A DNA stretch of 64,000 bases from Pavona decussata (Eukaryota), in NCBI GenBank assembly GCA_977016875.1, contig CDRNST010000186.1, positions 2,790,001-2,854,000 of the forward strand, written 5' to 3'. Numbering within the stretch: position 1 is the stretch's first letter; the number at the start of each line of letters is the position of its first letter. The notes under the pieces were generated by a model. The model was not told the DNA's origin. It worked only from the letters and a program-made list of their open reading frames with translations, and did not search any database. The position numbers were made by a program, and so were the translations under genes. Positions 1 through 13,300 of this stretch are shown piece by piece.

Positions 1-174
1 TCAAGTCTGTCATCGATGGGCACTCCAAGTGATTTTGCAGTAGTGACCTGGCTAACTTGAAAATCATTAATTGCAAATGTCGGGGACTCTGTGAGAGTAC
101 TTAGCCTCTGCCTAGATCCGGTAAGCCCCCGTACAAGCATTAATAAACCGCATAACCCACTTTGGTAGTCGTAG

Positions 175-583
175 ATTAGAGGACTTCAACAAATATGAAG
201 CTTTGCGCCTGGCAGAAGAGCTCGTCTCTATGGCGAAGACTACTGGCGATGCCAAAGCGGCGAGCTATGACATCATGGCAACCACCCTCAGGGAGAAAAT
301 CCATGTGCCTAGAGAGCAATTTAAAGCTTACTTCCTGGCCCTTCTGGCAGATAAGGAGTTTACTAGGATCTTCGACACCATCTTCAAAGTTAAACGCCCT
401 GCCCCATACTTTCGCACACAAGCTAGAGGTAACCAGAGGTTTTCGCCTTCCAACCCACAAGTGACCTGCTATAGGTGCGGAACCCCCGGCCACAAGTCTA
501 CACAATGTTGGAAGCGGTTTCCGACGACGACCCGCTATTTTCCCTCAGGCAGTCCAGGTCTCAACCAGCCTCGACCAGCCTAG
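175..583 (+). CDS. gag-like ORF with CCHC zinc knuckle
   Basis: CYRCGTPGHKSTQC; frame open from just after the AG at 173-174. Confidence 0.75.
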
Positions 584-957
584 ACAGGACCTACCCGATC
601 CACCATTTTGTATGAGTTTTGGGTACTCTTAAAGTTAAATAAACACCATTACAACGTCTGTTTTATCTTATACATTCTAACCCCCCCCCCCCCCCTCCCC
701 AGGTTAAACTTTTCTTTATAAGTCATTTTTTATATCGTTTTTGTTAGTGGACATATTCAAAGGAGTTTAAATTTTAGAAATACGTAAAGTATCTTTTCAA
801 TAAATGTAGGGACAAATTATCTCTTTCTATCACACCTTTTTCTCCTCGGGTGGCATTCTCAAAGGGAAGCTCACTTTCCTTCTCGGATTACCGGGGCTGA
901 GTTTGCCATGTCTTGGGCCCTCATAATTTTCAATTTTTCTTTTCCTTTTCATCCTAG

Positions 958-3213
958 CTTGCGAACCCTTGCTTTCACGACTGGGAAAAGTGTCCTGGTT
1001 TAACGCCTACCACAGTTAGTGTAAATAAATTGCAGTGGATAAGCATCGATGGATCTGTTATTGATGAGGCCCAGGGGATGGCAAACAATGTCCATATCTC
1101 TGATCAGGATATCAACCTGGTGTTACAAGGAAATTCATTTGCAGAAATGTCTCGCCTTGTTTTCCGCGATCCAGTTACCTTCCGAGCAGGGGAACTCCAT
1201 CGCCATGCACCACAATGGAATGCATTATTAGATGATATGCGCGATAAGCGCTTCTCCGAAGTCCGTGCTTGGATTATTAACGGTGTAGACGTAACGAAGC
1301 TTTTTAGACCGTTTAAAGGTAGCTACAAAGGGAAAAATTACGATTGCAGTAGTCCACCTCCTCGTATTTTCCCCAATCACCTATCTTGCAAACCTTTTGC
1401 CTCGTTTGTATCTGATGCGCTCCTGGACATTTTGCGTTCCGGTGCTATTTCTTTGTGGGGTTAAGTCGGAGAATGCACCCCACCTCACCTCGTCATGCCT
1501 GTTACTGTAGAGCCTATCAAGCCGCGTCTCTGTAACGACGATAGATTTCTTTATCTCTGGATCGAAGACCGTCCGTTTGCCTTGGATAGCGTCCAACATT
1601 TGTCTAAGTATGTTGATAAAGGCTTCTACCAGACAGTGTGTGACGAGAAGTCAGGATACGACCACATCAAACTTCACCCCAGCAGTCGAACTTACTTTGG
1701 TTTCCAGTGGGGAGGCTGGTACTTTGTGAGTGAATGAATTCCTTTTGGTTGAAAATCCTCTGCATATATATACCATACGAGTGGTCTTGTCGCGTCACAT
1801 AGACTTCGTTCATGGAACATTCCCTCTTCATTGTACATTGACGACGGCCATAATGGTCTACTGTCCTTCCCTGGCGGCATTTTACCAGGCACCTGTGAAG
1901 CCCTTTCCTCAAGGGATGAAGTGAATCTTGCTCTCGCTGTCGCGGGTATTTTCGTCACGTGCTACTTCTTAACTTCCCTTGGCTATTTCATCGGCCTGGC
2001 GAAGTCTAAACTCGCCCCTAAAAAGCAAATGCCATACCTTGGTTTCGTTATCGATTCGGAACGACCTGCATTTACTTTGCTGCCCCACAAAAAGTTTCTT
2101 CGTCTCGTCAAAGATACGTTGCCTGACGATACCTTAGATCTATCAACTCTGCAAAGGCTCAGCGGCAAATGCGTGTCCATGAGCCTGGCAGTTCCAGGCG
2201 CAAGGCTTTATGTTGATGAAATTAACTTAGCTGTGTCTCGCGCCTCTCACTCTTCGCGACCTGTAAAGATGTCTGCAGCTCTACGGAATGAAATTGAACA
2301 CTGGCTTTTCCTTGAGACCTGGGACGGTGTTCTTCCCTGGCGCTCTGAGAAGCACACACATGTCAAGCTTTTCTCCAACTCATCTCGCTTCGCTTGGGGA
2401 GGTGTACTGAGCCCGAATGCCATTGAGGCGAACGTTTATGATTACTGGGACGCCTCAACCATGCAAGCCGATATCGTCACTAAGGAGACTTCGGCGCTTA
2501 ATAACGTCCTTGAGTCATTCGCTGATACCATCAAAAACTCTTGGGTCGACGCCTTCGTCGACAGCATGACTCCGTTCGTCCGTTCATGGAATCGGCAGGG
2601 CTCTCGTTCTCATTTGCTTTCAGATGCCTTGAAGAAATTGTTCGTCACATTGACGAAACTCAATATCGATTTGCACCTTACCTTTGTACCTAGTTCTCAG
2701 AACCAAGCCGACTCCCCCTCACGTCGCCTTAGCCTCCAAGATGCCAAATTGTCCCCATCCCTCTGGATAGCAGTACAAGAGTTATATGGCGGCGAAAATG
2801 GGCACTCTGTCGATCTCATGGCTCTTCCCTCAAACGCCCAATCCGACTTGTCGGGTGCTTTATTGCCGTTCTTCTCTGAGAATCCTCTCCCGGGGTCCCT
2901 GGGAGTGAACGTGTTCGCGCAGTCGCCCGATCTCTACGATGTGTCTCCATTTAAGAACCCATACGTCTTCCCACCGATTTGCCTAATACCTCATGTTATC
3001 AAGTATATGAGAAGCCTACAATTATCCTACACCATCGTGGCTCCCGATGTATGCCCAAGGCGTTTTTGGTGGCCTCTATTAACGTCTACATGTTCTTCGC
3101 GATACCTTTTAGCCGTCGACTGATCCGTTGGAGCACTCCTCACGCCCTCTAAGGATGGGTTTTCAAATAATTGGCCTATCCCTTGGGATCTCTGGGTGTT
3201 CCGCCTTGGATAA
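958..3213 (+). pseudogene. DIRS pol: reverse transcriptase, RNase H and DNA adenine-methyltransferase-like domain (disrupted)
   Basis: KPRLC, DEKSGYDH, YIDD (1834-1845), YLGF; RNase H NSS..AWGG / KE / VDS / NQADSPSR; MT-like VDLMA..NAQ..FFS..YVFPP; stops at 1462 and 3121, frameshift near 1735. Confidence 0.85.
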
Positions 3214-3393
3214 GCAAGTGATCAGGTGATAGCTCTTTGCTAGTGCACTGGCCGAACAAAGGATATTTAACTGCCTTCACGTAGGCCTTTTCTCCCTTTT
3301 ATTTTGGTCCATCACTTCCTACTATCCAAATTCAAATGAATGTACATGACAAATAAAAGAATAAGAACTGCTTTCTTTTTTCATATTCCTTAG

Positions 3394-4750
3394 GATCTGC
3401 TTTCAGCCGTGCGAGCGCTTGTGCCAGCTGTGTCATGTCCTTCGTGCGGTTACCCCAATGACGATCTGTTACTTTTCTGCCAATTGTGCGGCTACCGGAG
3501 AAAAACGGTCTCCCAAGATGTCCCGAGTTCTAAGGGCTCAGTCGACCCTCAAGCCATAGATAACCGTTTAGAACAACTAAAAAATGCCTCCCTTCAGTCG
3601 TCATACTCAAAGCTGAAGTGCTCGCTTCGGTCAGAGTTTGAAACATTCTTGACGTCCCTTCCGAATAGTAAAACCATCCTTTCAGCAAGCTCTATTGACA
3701 TCACTCGCTTCTTGGTCTGGAAAGACCGGTATGGCTAAACGGTAGTACATAAAAATGGGTGCCCCGACTCCCACCTTCAAAGTGCAACCAAGTGTGAATG
3801 TCCTAAACGCCTAGAATTCAAAACAATCGACTCCTACATAGGAAGGCTAAGACCCATATTTAAGGAAATCGGACGCTGCGGAGAGTGGAACTCCATGCTA
3901 GGTTTGGGGTAATCCTGCCGCTTCTCTTGAAGTGCAAAAATATCTTAAAGCATCAACTGAGGAACAATTACGCGCCTGCATCTCACCAAAGCAAGCCTTT
4001 CCCCTATTTCTGTCCAAATTGTTGCTTCTGGCCCGTTTTTGGAGTCGGAAAATTGCGGAGCCCTCGCTTAATTCTTCTGGTCTGTTTGTGTTAGCTCGAG
4101 ACCAGGCGTTCTTCAAGGCATTATTCTTTAGTGGTGATCGTGGTTCAGATCTTGGCATGGTGAGAACAGAAGAGATCCTGCGTTTCCCCAGGACGATGGG
4201 CTGTTGTTCAATCACGTATGGGGAAAAACCCTCAGAGATGGCGCCTCCAACGTCTTTGAGATTCGGAGACACCCTAACCCTGAGTTATGTCCAGTTAAGG
4301 CGATTGAAACTTATGTAGCCGTAGCCTCCGAGTTACGGGTTTCCGTGACAAACGGCTACCTGTTTCGACCGACTAATCCTCAAGGCCATATTGTGAACAA
4401 ACTATTTACAAGCTCATCAGCAGAAGCCCGTTTGAAGCTGTATTTGAGAGAAGCTCGAATCGACGACGGAGATACGTTACACAGCTTTCGTTCGGGCTCA
4501 GCTATAACATTAGCATTATCTGGCTCCCAGTTGGCAGACATAATGTCTCATGTAGGATGGAACAACAAAGAGACTGCCCTTTACTAAATGAAACTAGCGG
4601 AGGTGCTTCGTTTTGGCAGCCCCTCTCATTTGCTGTCCGCAGACTGTTCCGCGACGTCAGCCCAAACAGAGATTTACACGGAACTCAACCGTCTGAAGAA
4701 CTTTGTATCCGCTTTTCCGCACACTTCCCAACTTTAATGGATTTTGTTAG
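3394..4750 (+). pseudogene. Zn-ribbon + ALOG domain + tyrosine recombinase (disrupted)
   Basis: CPSC..CQLCG; ALOG-like G*TVVHKNGC..CECPKRL..IDSYIGRLR..NPA..VQKYL..EEQ; YR motifs SGDRGSD, GKT, HSFRSG, HVGW, TALY. Confidence 0.85.
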
Positions 4751-4962
4751 TACACTTTATGCGTTTTTTAGGAAGGGGTACCTTGAGTTTGGGATCCTGA
4801 GAACGGGAATGCTTCGTGGTCGTGCGATTTGGGTCTTTAGGACACACTTTAACAAAGAGACTGTCGGTGCCCAATCTCAATAGTATGTGAGAGAAAGAGA
4901 ACGCTGAGAATAAAGTGCTAATCTCAGCGGTCTCACCTCTCACGTATAAAAGGAGATGAGTT

Positions 4963-5420
4963 AGGTTTAGGAATAGGTTACCAATGGTCTGGTGTAGTTT
5001 TAAAGCGACTTTGATATTATAATTGTTCAAAACCCGCTGGATCGGTTCCGTTGTTCCCTGAACGTAGGGCAAGACACAGAAAGTCTTTTTGTCTTCCGGC
5101 GCGGCTCCTGCAGACTGCTGAGCCATTCGCCAACAGCGCGAGGGTAACTTGTTTTAACTCTTTAGCTCGATAATCACTGGTGGTCAAAATATCATTAGCG
5201 CGGTTGGTCAACGACTCCACAAAAGCCTTCTTGTGTGCGATCGGGTAATGTGACTCAAACGCGAGATATCTTTCCGTGTGGGTGGACTTGCGATAGACCT
5301 TATTTGCAAGTTGACCGTTATCTTGTCGACAAACAGACACGTCAAGAAAGGCTATTTCTTGGTTAGTTTCTCTTTCGACGGTGAATTGGATTGATGGTTC
5401 AAAGTTGTTCAGGGGATCTT
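4963..5420 (-). mobile_element. Penelope-like element fragment (RT C-terminus/linker)
   Basis: VYRKSTHTERYL..SHYP..K and LPYVQGTTE..RVL..NIKV motifs; ends at the DIRS boundary. Confidence 0.8.
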
Positions 5421-5433
5421 ACAGGAACATTAA

Positions 5434-7036
5434 GATCTTTTTAATACCTTTCAACCAGTGTAACTTTTTAATATTTATTACAAAAAATTAGAATGGAAAT
5501 TGTGCTTCTTTGACCGCTCTTCTGCGCATATTTTTTTTGTTTTTCATTTTGTCGCAAAACCCATGCTTGAATTCCGAGAAAATATGATGTTCTTTCGAAT
5601 GGTTTTAAAGTCCAACAACTACAATTATCTCTCGAGGAGAAAAGTTCTTTTTTCGCAGTGCCGGAAGTGGTGAGCGAAATTTTAGCGGCCTGGTGCCTAA
5701 GCATCGTTGGCCAGGCTGCTCCACTGCTTGTTCCTTCCCAGTAAGTACCTTAACCGTGTTTTGTTCGGTGTGAGTACGCAATAATTTTGCCAGTCTTTGC
5801 ATCGTGGACGGTAGTTGAGCTGTTATTAGAGTAGTGGCTGCGAGTCAGATAAAAGCCGTCGAACTGAATGTGCAATGATGACTTATCTCCGCGTCAAACT
5901 GCTTCAGTTCTTGCTTCTTGAACGCTCCAGTCGGCGATCCTTTTTACGAACGGCGCAATCGATACAATAATATGGATCCACTGAGTGGAACTGACGTGAT
6001 CGAGACCGAGAGTCCCAGAATTTTGTGGTAATCTTTGAAATATTGCCCATTGACAAGGACTAAAAGAGCAACGAGATTACGTATTGCAGATCTTGGATGA
6101 GTTGTGGCTTTAACGACAGGAATTTTACTTTTCAAGTTGATTTTTTTCCCACATCGACTACACTCGAACTCGAACTCTTCAACTGTGTTTTGTTTTACCG
6201 AACAAAATTCGAATTCAGTTTTTTTTTCACAGTCACAGTGTTGTAGATAACTAAATAAATTACCGTTAACTAGGTTCTCAAGCGAGGTTGATGTTGTAAG
6301 GAGACGTTGTCCATCACAAGTTTCGAGCTCACCATTATCAGTCAGGTTTTCTATTGAGTGGTTAGCATTCTTGATGTAGGTAGAGCTGCTTTCAAGGATA
6401 ATTTACAATCCTCCTTGCTCACCGTCTGCTGCTCCACGCTGTCTTGGGATAGTGGTTAAAGTGGCCTCGATAGCTTCATTTATTTGTGTTTTATCTAAAC
6501 AGTGGAGTATCTCAGGTTCTGTAGGGAAGTTCACGGACACAGGTTCACAGGGTCGCACAGTTTTATCGCAAATGACGTCAGGGAGTTTCGGAGCGGTCAA
6601 AAAGGCCGCGGACAAAGAGTTTTCTTTGCAGGTGATGATAGCGCAATACTATTTCAGTTTGTGTCTCCGCATCTTTGAGATTTCGAATCCCAACCTGACA
6701 CTGGAAATCTTGTACTGTCACCTTTTCGAGATTTCCCCATCGACATGCAGCAATCGCTACGGCTTTCTGTTTACGTCCGTGCGTGGATGACATTTTCAAG
6801 CAAAACACTGAAGGTTCAAAACTGAAGGCACGACTCACATGTTTTAATCAATAGAAATGTAAACGAGAAGTTTTTCTTGTGTTTGTTGCAACGAAGTAAA
6901 AAAAGAGGTACCGGCGACTTGAATCGGCGATGGGCCTGCGCCGAAAAAAGTGCCCGAAAAATTTTGGGTGACCGGAAGTGAAATTGCACTTGGGTAGCAA
7001 CCGTATAGCTTAGCAACGAGATATTTTAATGGACCC
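5434..7036 (-). mobile_element. Possible degenerate Kolobok/Mutator-like DNA transposon remnant
   Basis: Broken minus-strand ORF with HCDC..ECSRCG and RNLVALLVLVNGQYFKDY resembling the N-terminal part of such transposases; TTAA at both putative ends, TIRs weak. Confidence 0.35.
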
Positions 7037-7125
7037 TTAACCGCACTTGTTATTAAGCAAGGGATAAAGGCTATGAAACACACTGATTTACAGAAGAGTT
7101 TCAGAGTCTGGTTTAAATAACCTAC

Positions 7126-7365
7126 CACTTTCCTGACTTCTTTCATGTTTGCCTTCGACTGTTCATTGCTATGTGATGTTTTAATAGCACTGGTCTCCTC
7201 TTCCCCCTCGACGTGGCAGAATGCTATAGGAAGGTTCGTGCCTGGTTGCGATGCTTGCGCGGGCCAGAAGGACTGAAGACGAGGGTCGGATTTTGGGACA
7301 GATGGATCCGTCTTGAGTCTACCCTCATAAAAGTAATTTGAGGGAAATTTGCAGATTTCATCATG
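7126..7365 (-). CDS. HELZ2-like exon, helicase 2 (HDEICKFPSNYFYEGRL...)
   Basis: tag acceptor / gtagg donor; phase 0-0; continues the QYRM|H motif. Confidence 0.9.
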
Positions 7366-10300
7366 CTAAAAATAAATATAAAAGAGTATGCAGTAAAATC
7401 AGGTTCTGATACTCATCTTATTTTTAACAATGACACACTCAATCGATATAAGAAGTTGGAAGTTGACGTGGCCAAAAAAAACATGTTTGTGAACAAGTAC
7501 ATTTTAATTGTCTGTAGTTCTCCAACAAGTAATCATGATCGAGTATCTATTGAAAAGGATGAATAGTCGCCAGCTTAGTTAATTTTCAGTGGTGTCCATC
7601 TCTAGCTATTACGTTTTTAGTTGTTGCTGATGCTCTTTTAAAGACACAAGCAAAAATTAATGACATTAGGTTTACAGGAAAGGAAAAGCTTCAGCAGCAC
7701 CTTGGCGAGTAGGCGACCATTTTCTTCTTTGTTTTAGTCCACCACAAGTCAGAGGATGAATCTGGTGAATTATACTGAAGGAGTCTACACCCAATTTGAA
7801 CGTTTAAGTAGGATTCGTGCAAAGTTAATTTTCCATGAGATGCAAATATTTCACCTTACCATTCTGTACTGTATCTCCAGCATCATAGCTCGTCTCGAAA
7901 GCCTTTCGAACATGGAGATGCCCAAACCAAGTGTTTTTGCCATGCGATCTAGAATAATGGGCTGCAGCTGTTTGTGGTCACCAATCAGAACAACTTGGCG
8001 CGCCTTTGAGCTTATGATCGGCACTAGTGATTCAAGTTCCAAGCACATTCCACATTCATCCACAATGCATTGCCGGATGTCCTTGCAGGACATGGTTATC
8101 CTGGGACCGCCTGCTGTTACGCATGTGCATAAAATGATCTGGACTCCTAACGACTGTAGTGCCCATGTTTCGGCTTCTCCGATTAACTAAACAGTAAATG
8201 GTAATAATAATAAAAAAATTACCAAGTTTCAGCCTCCTGTTCCTAAAGCATTCCAATTTTAATAAGCTGGGCGAGAGAGGCTAAGGGATAAATAGTTCAA
8301 ATTGATTTTGATATTCTAGACGTTCATTTTTTTTTTGTCGATAGAGTGGCTATGAGGTTAGTATCGTAGGTAATGTAATAAACGATTGTGAGAACCTATT
8401 CGATTCAACGAACTATGACTCAACGACTTGTAGCCCTTGTAGCCCAACGACTTATTGGCAATAATCAGTGACTTATGCTGAGCCTGGGTCCAGATACACG
8501 AAGCCCTCGTAAGCTGAGATGTATCTCAAACAAAAAGTTCCGCTATAAAAGGGCGCACCGTTCCTTCCTTTCACAGCTTTTTGAGTGTGAAATGCAAGTT
8601 TACGCGCTGTTCAGACGTGTAAATTATTGACTCAAGCATCCTCTGAAAAATAGTCCCTCAAAAGTTCATTACATTACCACAGCAATATAAGACATCGGTT
8701 TCTAATTCAGTTTATTGCATAACAGTGTTTATTCCGAAAACTAACCCAGTTTTATCAGTAAGGGTCGTAGACGCATGTTGTTTGTCATTTTTTTACGCTG
8801 TAGTGGTTGATTGACAACTGAAAGTTAGAATGGATAGGCCAGGACCCTTTTATACCGGCATTTCCTTTTTAGGTATTGTTCTTTTACGATAGGCTCTTTT
8901 AATTCCAACTATATACTTTTGCCAAGAAACGGTACTTAGGATAGATGTAAACTTATGACATCTCCTTGAATCTGGACCCTGATTGTTAATCAACAACCCA
9001 TCTATGAGTCCCTGACTACATTAAGGATGCTTCCTATCAGTTTTGTATGCTACCTATCAGTTTTGTCTTGTTTTCAACACTGATATTCTTCATTGCTGGT
9101 TGCAATTTACAAAAGGCCATTATAAACTGAGGGCTCAGTAAGGAGTCAACCATTAAACGATAAAGGCTTAACTTAAATGATGTCTAACTTTGCAGTATTC
9201 TTTCACGTCTGAGGCATCGGTCTCCACATCCTGTCTTCGGTTTTCAGCAAATTTGTGTTCATAATCGCGTAGCTCAGAGGCAAACGGACACTCCTCTCCT
9301 CGAATGACGTGATGTAATGAGATGGCTTTCAGTCCCTCATCCAATGTTTTAACCTCATCTTCAGCTGCATTTTTGAGAGGTTTACGTTTGTTTGGAATAG
9401 GAAATTCTTCTTCTTCGATCCGATCACCATAAACACGGAGGATCTTGATGCCAGGAATCTGTAGCATTTTATCTTCAACGAAAAAAAAAAAAAACAAGAG
9501 TTATAAATTACCTAGCTAAACAAAGAGTTTATTTTTAATGCTATTTTAATTGGTACTTTTCTTTTTAGATTTTTAACTTAAGCCCTAAAAAAGTCCCGAC
9601 CTAGCTTCCAGAGAGACTCCCTCTAGCCAATGCCTAGAACATTCAATGTTCAAAGGAGTCAATGTTCAGTGACGGAGCCGGCTTTCTCAGAGAGAGGATT
9701 TTAAAATTTCAGATTGGCACTCAGCGACTGAATCAGCCCGAGATCTGTATTTCCCCGGGCTACCAGTTTGTCAGCAATATTCTCTAATACGAATAATGCT
9801 TAATATTGACTTTTTACGGCGGCGACCTGGGACTGGCTGCATAAAGAATCTTAAGAAAATTAGCTGAGGGATTTCAACAGTCAGAAAAATCCTACGGAAC
9901 AAGGGATGCATTAGATCTCTTGACTGAAAACGTAAATTTAGGATAGGAACGCAACCAGAGGCCAAAATAATTATTTGGAATGCAGGAAACGACTGAAGAA
10001 ACCTCCTACTTATCGTAAGATGCTTTATTTATGCACCAAACCCACAAGAGAAAATAACGGTTTCCTCATACGAGGAGAGTAATGTACGCGCATGCAAGTT
10101 TCAACCGGTTCGATGCAATCCACGCGGGAGACAAGAGGCTAGTCGTTGTTTACCTCTGTCGATACCAAGGACATTATTTAGTCAGCTAAATATGGCTAAA
10201 ACGTAATCCCAACTGGTCTTAAGGAATGCTTTATTTTTGTTACTAACGAGCTACGACGTCCACGGACTTGTTGGAAGGTCCGCAGTAGATGACTTGTGGT

Positions 10301-13300
10301 GGTGTGTTAGGCTCCTGGGCTGAGTCTTCGTCTTGTGGCTGTAATTGCTTATTTCGTTTCGTAAACCAGTATGCCATGTGCACACCTGCTACAGTCTTGC
10401 CAGTACCTTTGGAAAATCAATGGATCACATGATACAATTTAGTTAAAAGGTGCCAAGATGACAATGGAAATTTAACCAGGGATAATTCATTTGACTTGCC
10501 TCTATAAGGCAAGCGAGGTGCAACAGTATTCAAGATGCCTTTTTAGGGAAACTTTTAGTAGATATCTTCTGAGAAAGTTCCCTGTTATAACTATTATGAA
10601 GGGAGACGGCCTTACATCTGTCTGGGGAATCGTGTGGGCCCGAGTCTTTCTCTTTGATTGTTTTATCGACAGTAAACACGGTCAACCCCAGCGCTATTTC
10701 CATTATACCAGTGATTCAACCTGATTGTAATGGTCTTTTGCTTGATTAAGGGTAGCGATATATGATCTAATTAAAAAAATCTATGATTTACTTACAGTGA
10801 ATTGCAATTGGAGCAATCTCCGTTTCGTATCGGTCAGAGTAAATTACAGCATCTGGGGCGAGTTGCATAAAATTTAACGTCGGGCGTAAGTGCTAACGCC
10901 AGACCTTCAGCCCAGTCACATTCAGTATTTTAACGTCTGACGAAAGCAATTACGCCCGCCGTTAAGTTTTATGCCACTCGTCCCTGGTTGATTGTTTACT
11001 TACCAGGAGGACCCTGAACAAGGGTAAAAGGCTTGACAAGCGCCTCTCTAACAGCTTTCTCCTGATACTGATTTAATGGTTTGAACCCACACCTGGGATG
11101 TTTATGGACAATTGACAAATTGGTAGCAGGAGGGTCTCCAAAGTCTCCTTAACGAAGGAGAACAGGTGTAAATCAGCTTATTCAGATTTCAAAATATTTG
11201 AAAGTGGTACCAAGGCAAGCATGTTCATGCTTATTATATAAAAGGAAATAATGCTAAAGCTTGCTATTGCACTCGTTATATAATACATTTTTGCTACCAG
11301 CAATGCAAATATTTCAGTGGAACACAGCGAAGACGCGAGGCAAGATTTATCGAGAGTTTACTAGATAGGAAGCAAAGCATCTGATAAATTGGCCATGAAT
11401 GACTTCAATGTGTGCATTGAAATAAGTTAAAATTAATGATCCCGTCTTGATCTGCTAAACAATACCACAACAACCACCACAGGAACAAACACTAAAACTA
11501 TTTTTAATGCGTTATTCTCTGCGTCTTTGCTCGTTTTCTGAAAGTAGAACTGCATGGCAACCGCCCAGTCCTTAAAAGAACCCTAGTCAGCCTCCGCCTT
11601 TTTCGATGCCATTGAAATTATTGATATTGCATGGTGAAGTGAAATCTTATTGCTTCACCGCAAGTTGTGTTCCTGAAAGTATGTTTCATTATCTTAAGTA
11701 GTTTCACAGTGATTTCGTTCATTTCGACAGGCTCCGAATAAAATATAATAGCCAAACTCTCGCCTATAAACAATAACAACGGTGTGGCTGACTAGGGCCC
11801 TTTAAGTCAGTGAGCATCCTCTTGGATCTCAAAATACTGAACGACTGGTCAGTAAGTTCCGTCTTGAAAGAGAAATAAGATGAAATACAGCATCCAACAG
11901 GATCAAATTATTTAAGTCAATTATGTTACATGGAGTAGAAGGCCATTTTACCGGGTATTTTTATCTGTTCAATTTCTTGTAGTGAGACCTTTTCCACGTT
12001 TATATCTCACCAATACATTTTTTATTCAATTTCGATATCTCCCATATTTTATTGCTTCCATAATCTTAAATATTACAAAAATCTTGTTCAGTATGATATT
12101 TGTAAATTTGTTTTTTTCTTTTTCCTGCGCTTCTATTACTAGCTACATGTGGGTAAAAGTATGATTAAATTTTAATGTTGGAAGGATCCTCATTAAAAAT
12201 CATGACAGTAATGATAGTGATAATGATAATGAAAACGATAATGATGATGCTGACGATGACGACGAAGATCATGATTTAGTCTGCAAACAGGCTTCCAAGT
12301 TGGGTATAGGGCGAAAAGAAAAATTGGCGAGCTGGGCGAACGGAGTGCAGTATGAGGCCAAGAGAGAACGAAAGGGAGCCTGTGGACATTCTTTGAATGC
12401 CGCTGTTCTGTGATACTAGATCCTGGTATCATGACCTGTTTGGTTAGATAGATGATTGTTGGGAGCTTTGCAAAAAACATTGACACATTGAATCGTTTAA
12501 ATATCGCGCAGTGTACATTGGCATACTGATTGTGAAGATTCTTTCGGCTTGCTGTTTGGAGAGGCGTAAATCGAGCAAATCTTTTCCACAAATCACTGCG
12601 TTTATTAAACAGCTGAAGATTTTTCTACAATGGAAATATTTACCGACTGCTTTCGACGAGAGTTTTATCTTCCAGTTGCTTCCTTGGGTGTTAAAAGAAA
12701 TGTAAAACTTTGAATGTTTTACGGTTGTAATTGTCAGGCCATTGGTGAAGGACAAGGTTGAGGAGCTATCTACCTTAGGACTTAAAACGTTTTCACTCGG
12801 CTCTGGAGGCCGAGAAGTCTTCACTGAAGGTGGTACATCAGTTGGCGATTGTACGGTCGGCGAATCTCTTCGAGTTTGCTGCCTATGAGTAACAAGCAAT
12901 TTCTTGTTCTCAAAGAGTTGGAAACGGAGTCTACAGGCTTTCTTTTGCAGTTAGGCCAGCTCAAGAATTTCCCCAATGAATAATGTTATTTTTAAATCCG
13001 GCACGGTCGAGCGGAATGATTGACATGAAATTACCTTGTTGACATATTACTCACAGGTTTATTACAAGGGGGCGGAACGGCGGCATCCAAATAATGTCTA
13101 CAGGCTCTCTCCCTTTCTTTCCCGGCCCATCTTCGAGCTCGATTTTTTATCTTTACTCTACACCCCACTTGGGAGCCTGTTCTCAGGCTAATGATGTAGA
13201 TGGTGACGACGATTATTATCATTACTAACGTCATTTTTTTTCAATACATTTTACTCGGTCTTGGATAAGTAAACATGGCAGGTGTATAGCACGAATTTAA

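Larger units (their letters stand above)
1..4962 (+). mobile_element. Degenerate DIRS1-like tyrosine-recombinase retrotransposon of the ALOG-YR type (5' end outside window)
   Basis: Order gag(CCHC) - RT/RNaseH/methyltransferase-like - ALOG+YR; several stops and frameshifts; right end abuts a Penelope fragment. Confidence 0.9.
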
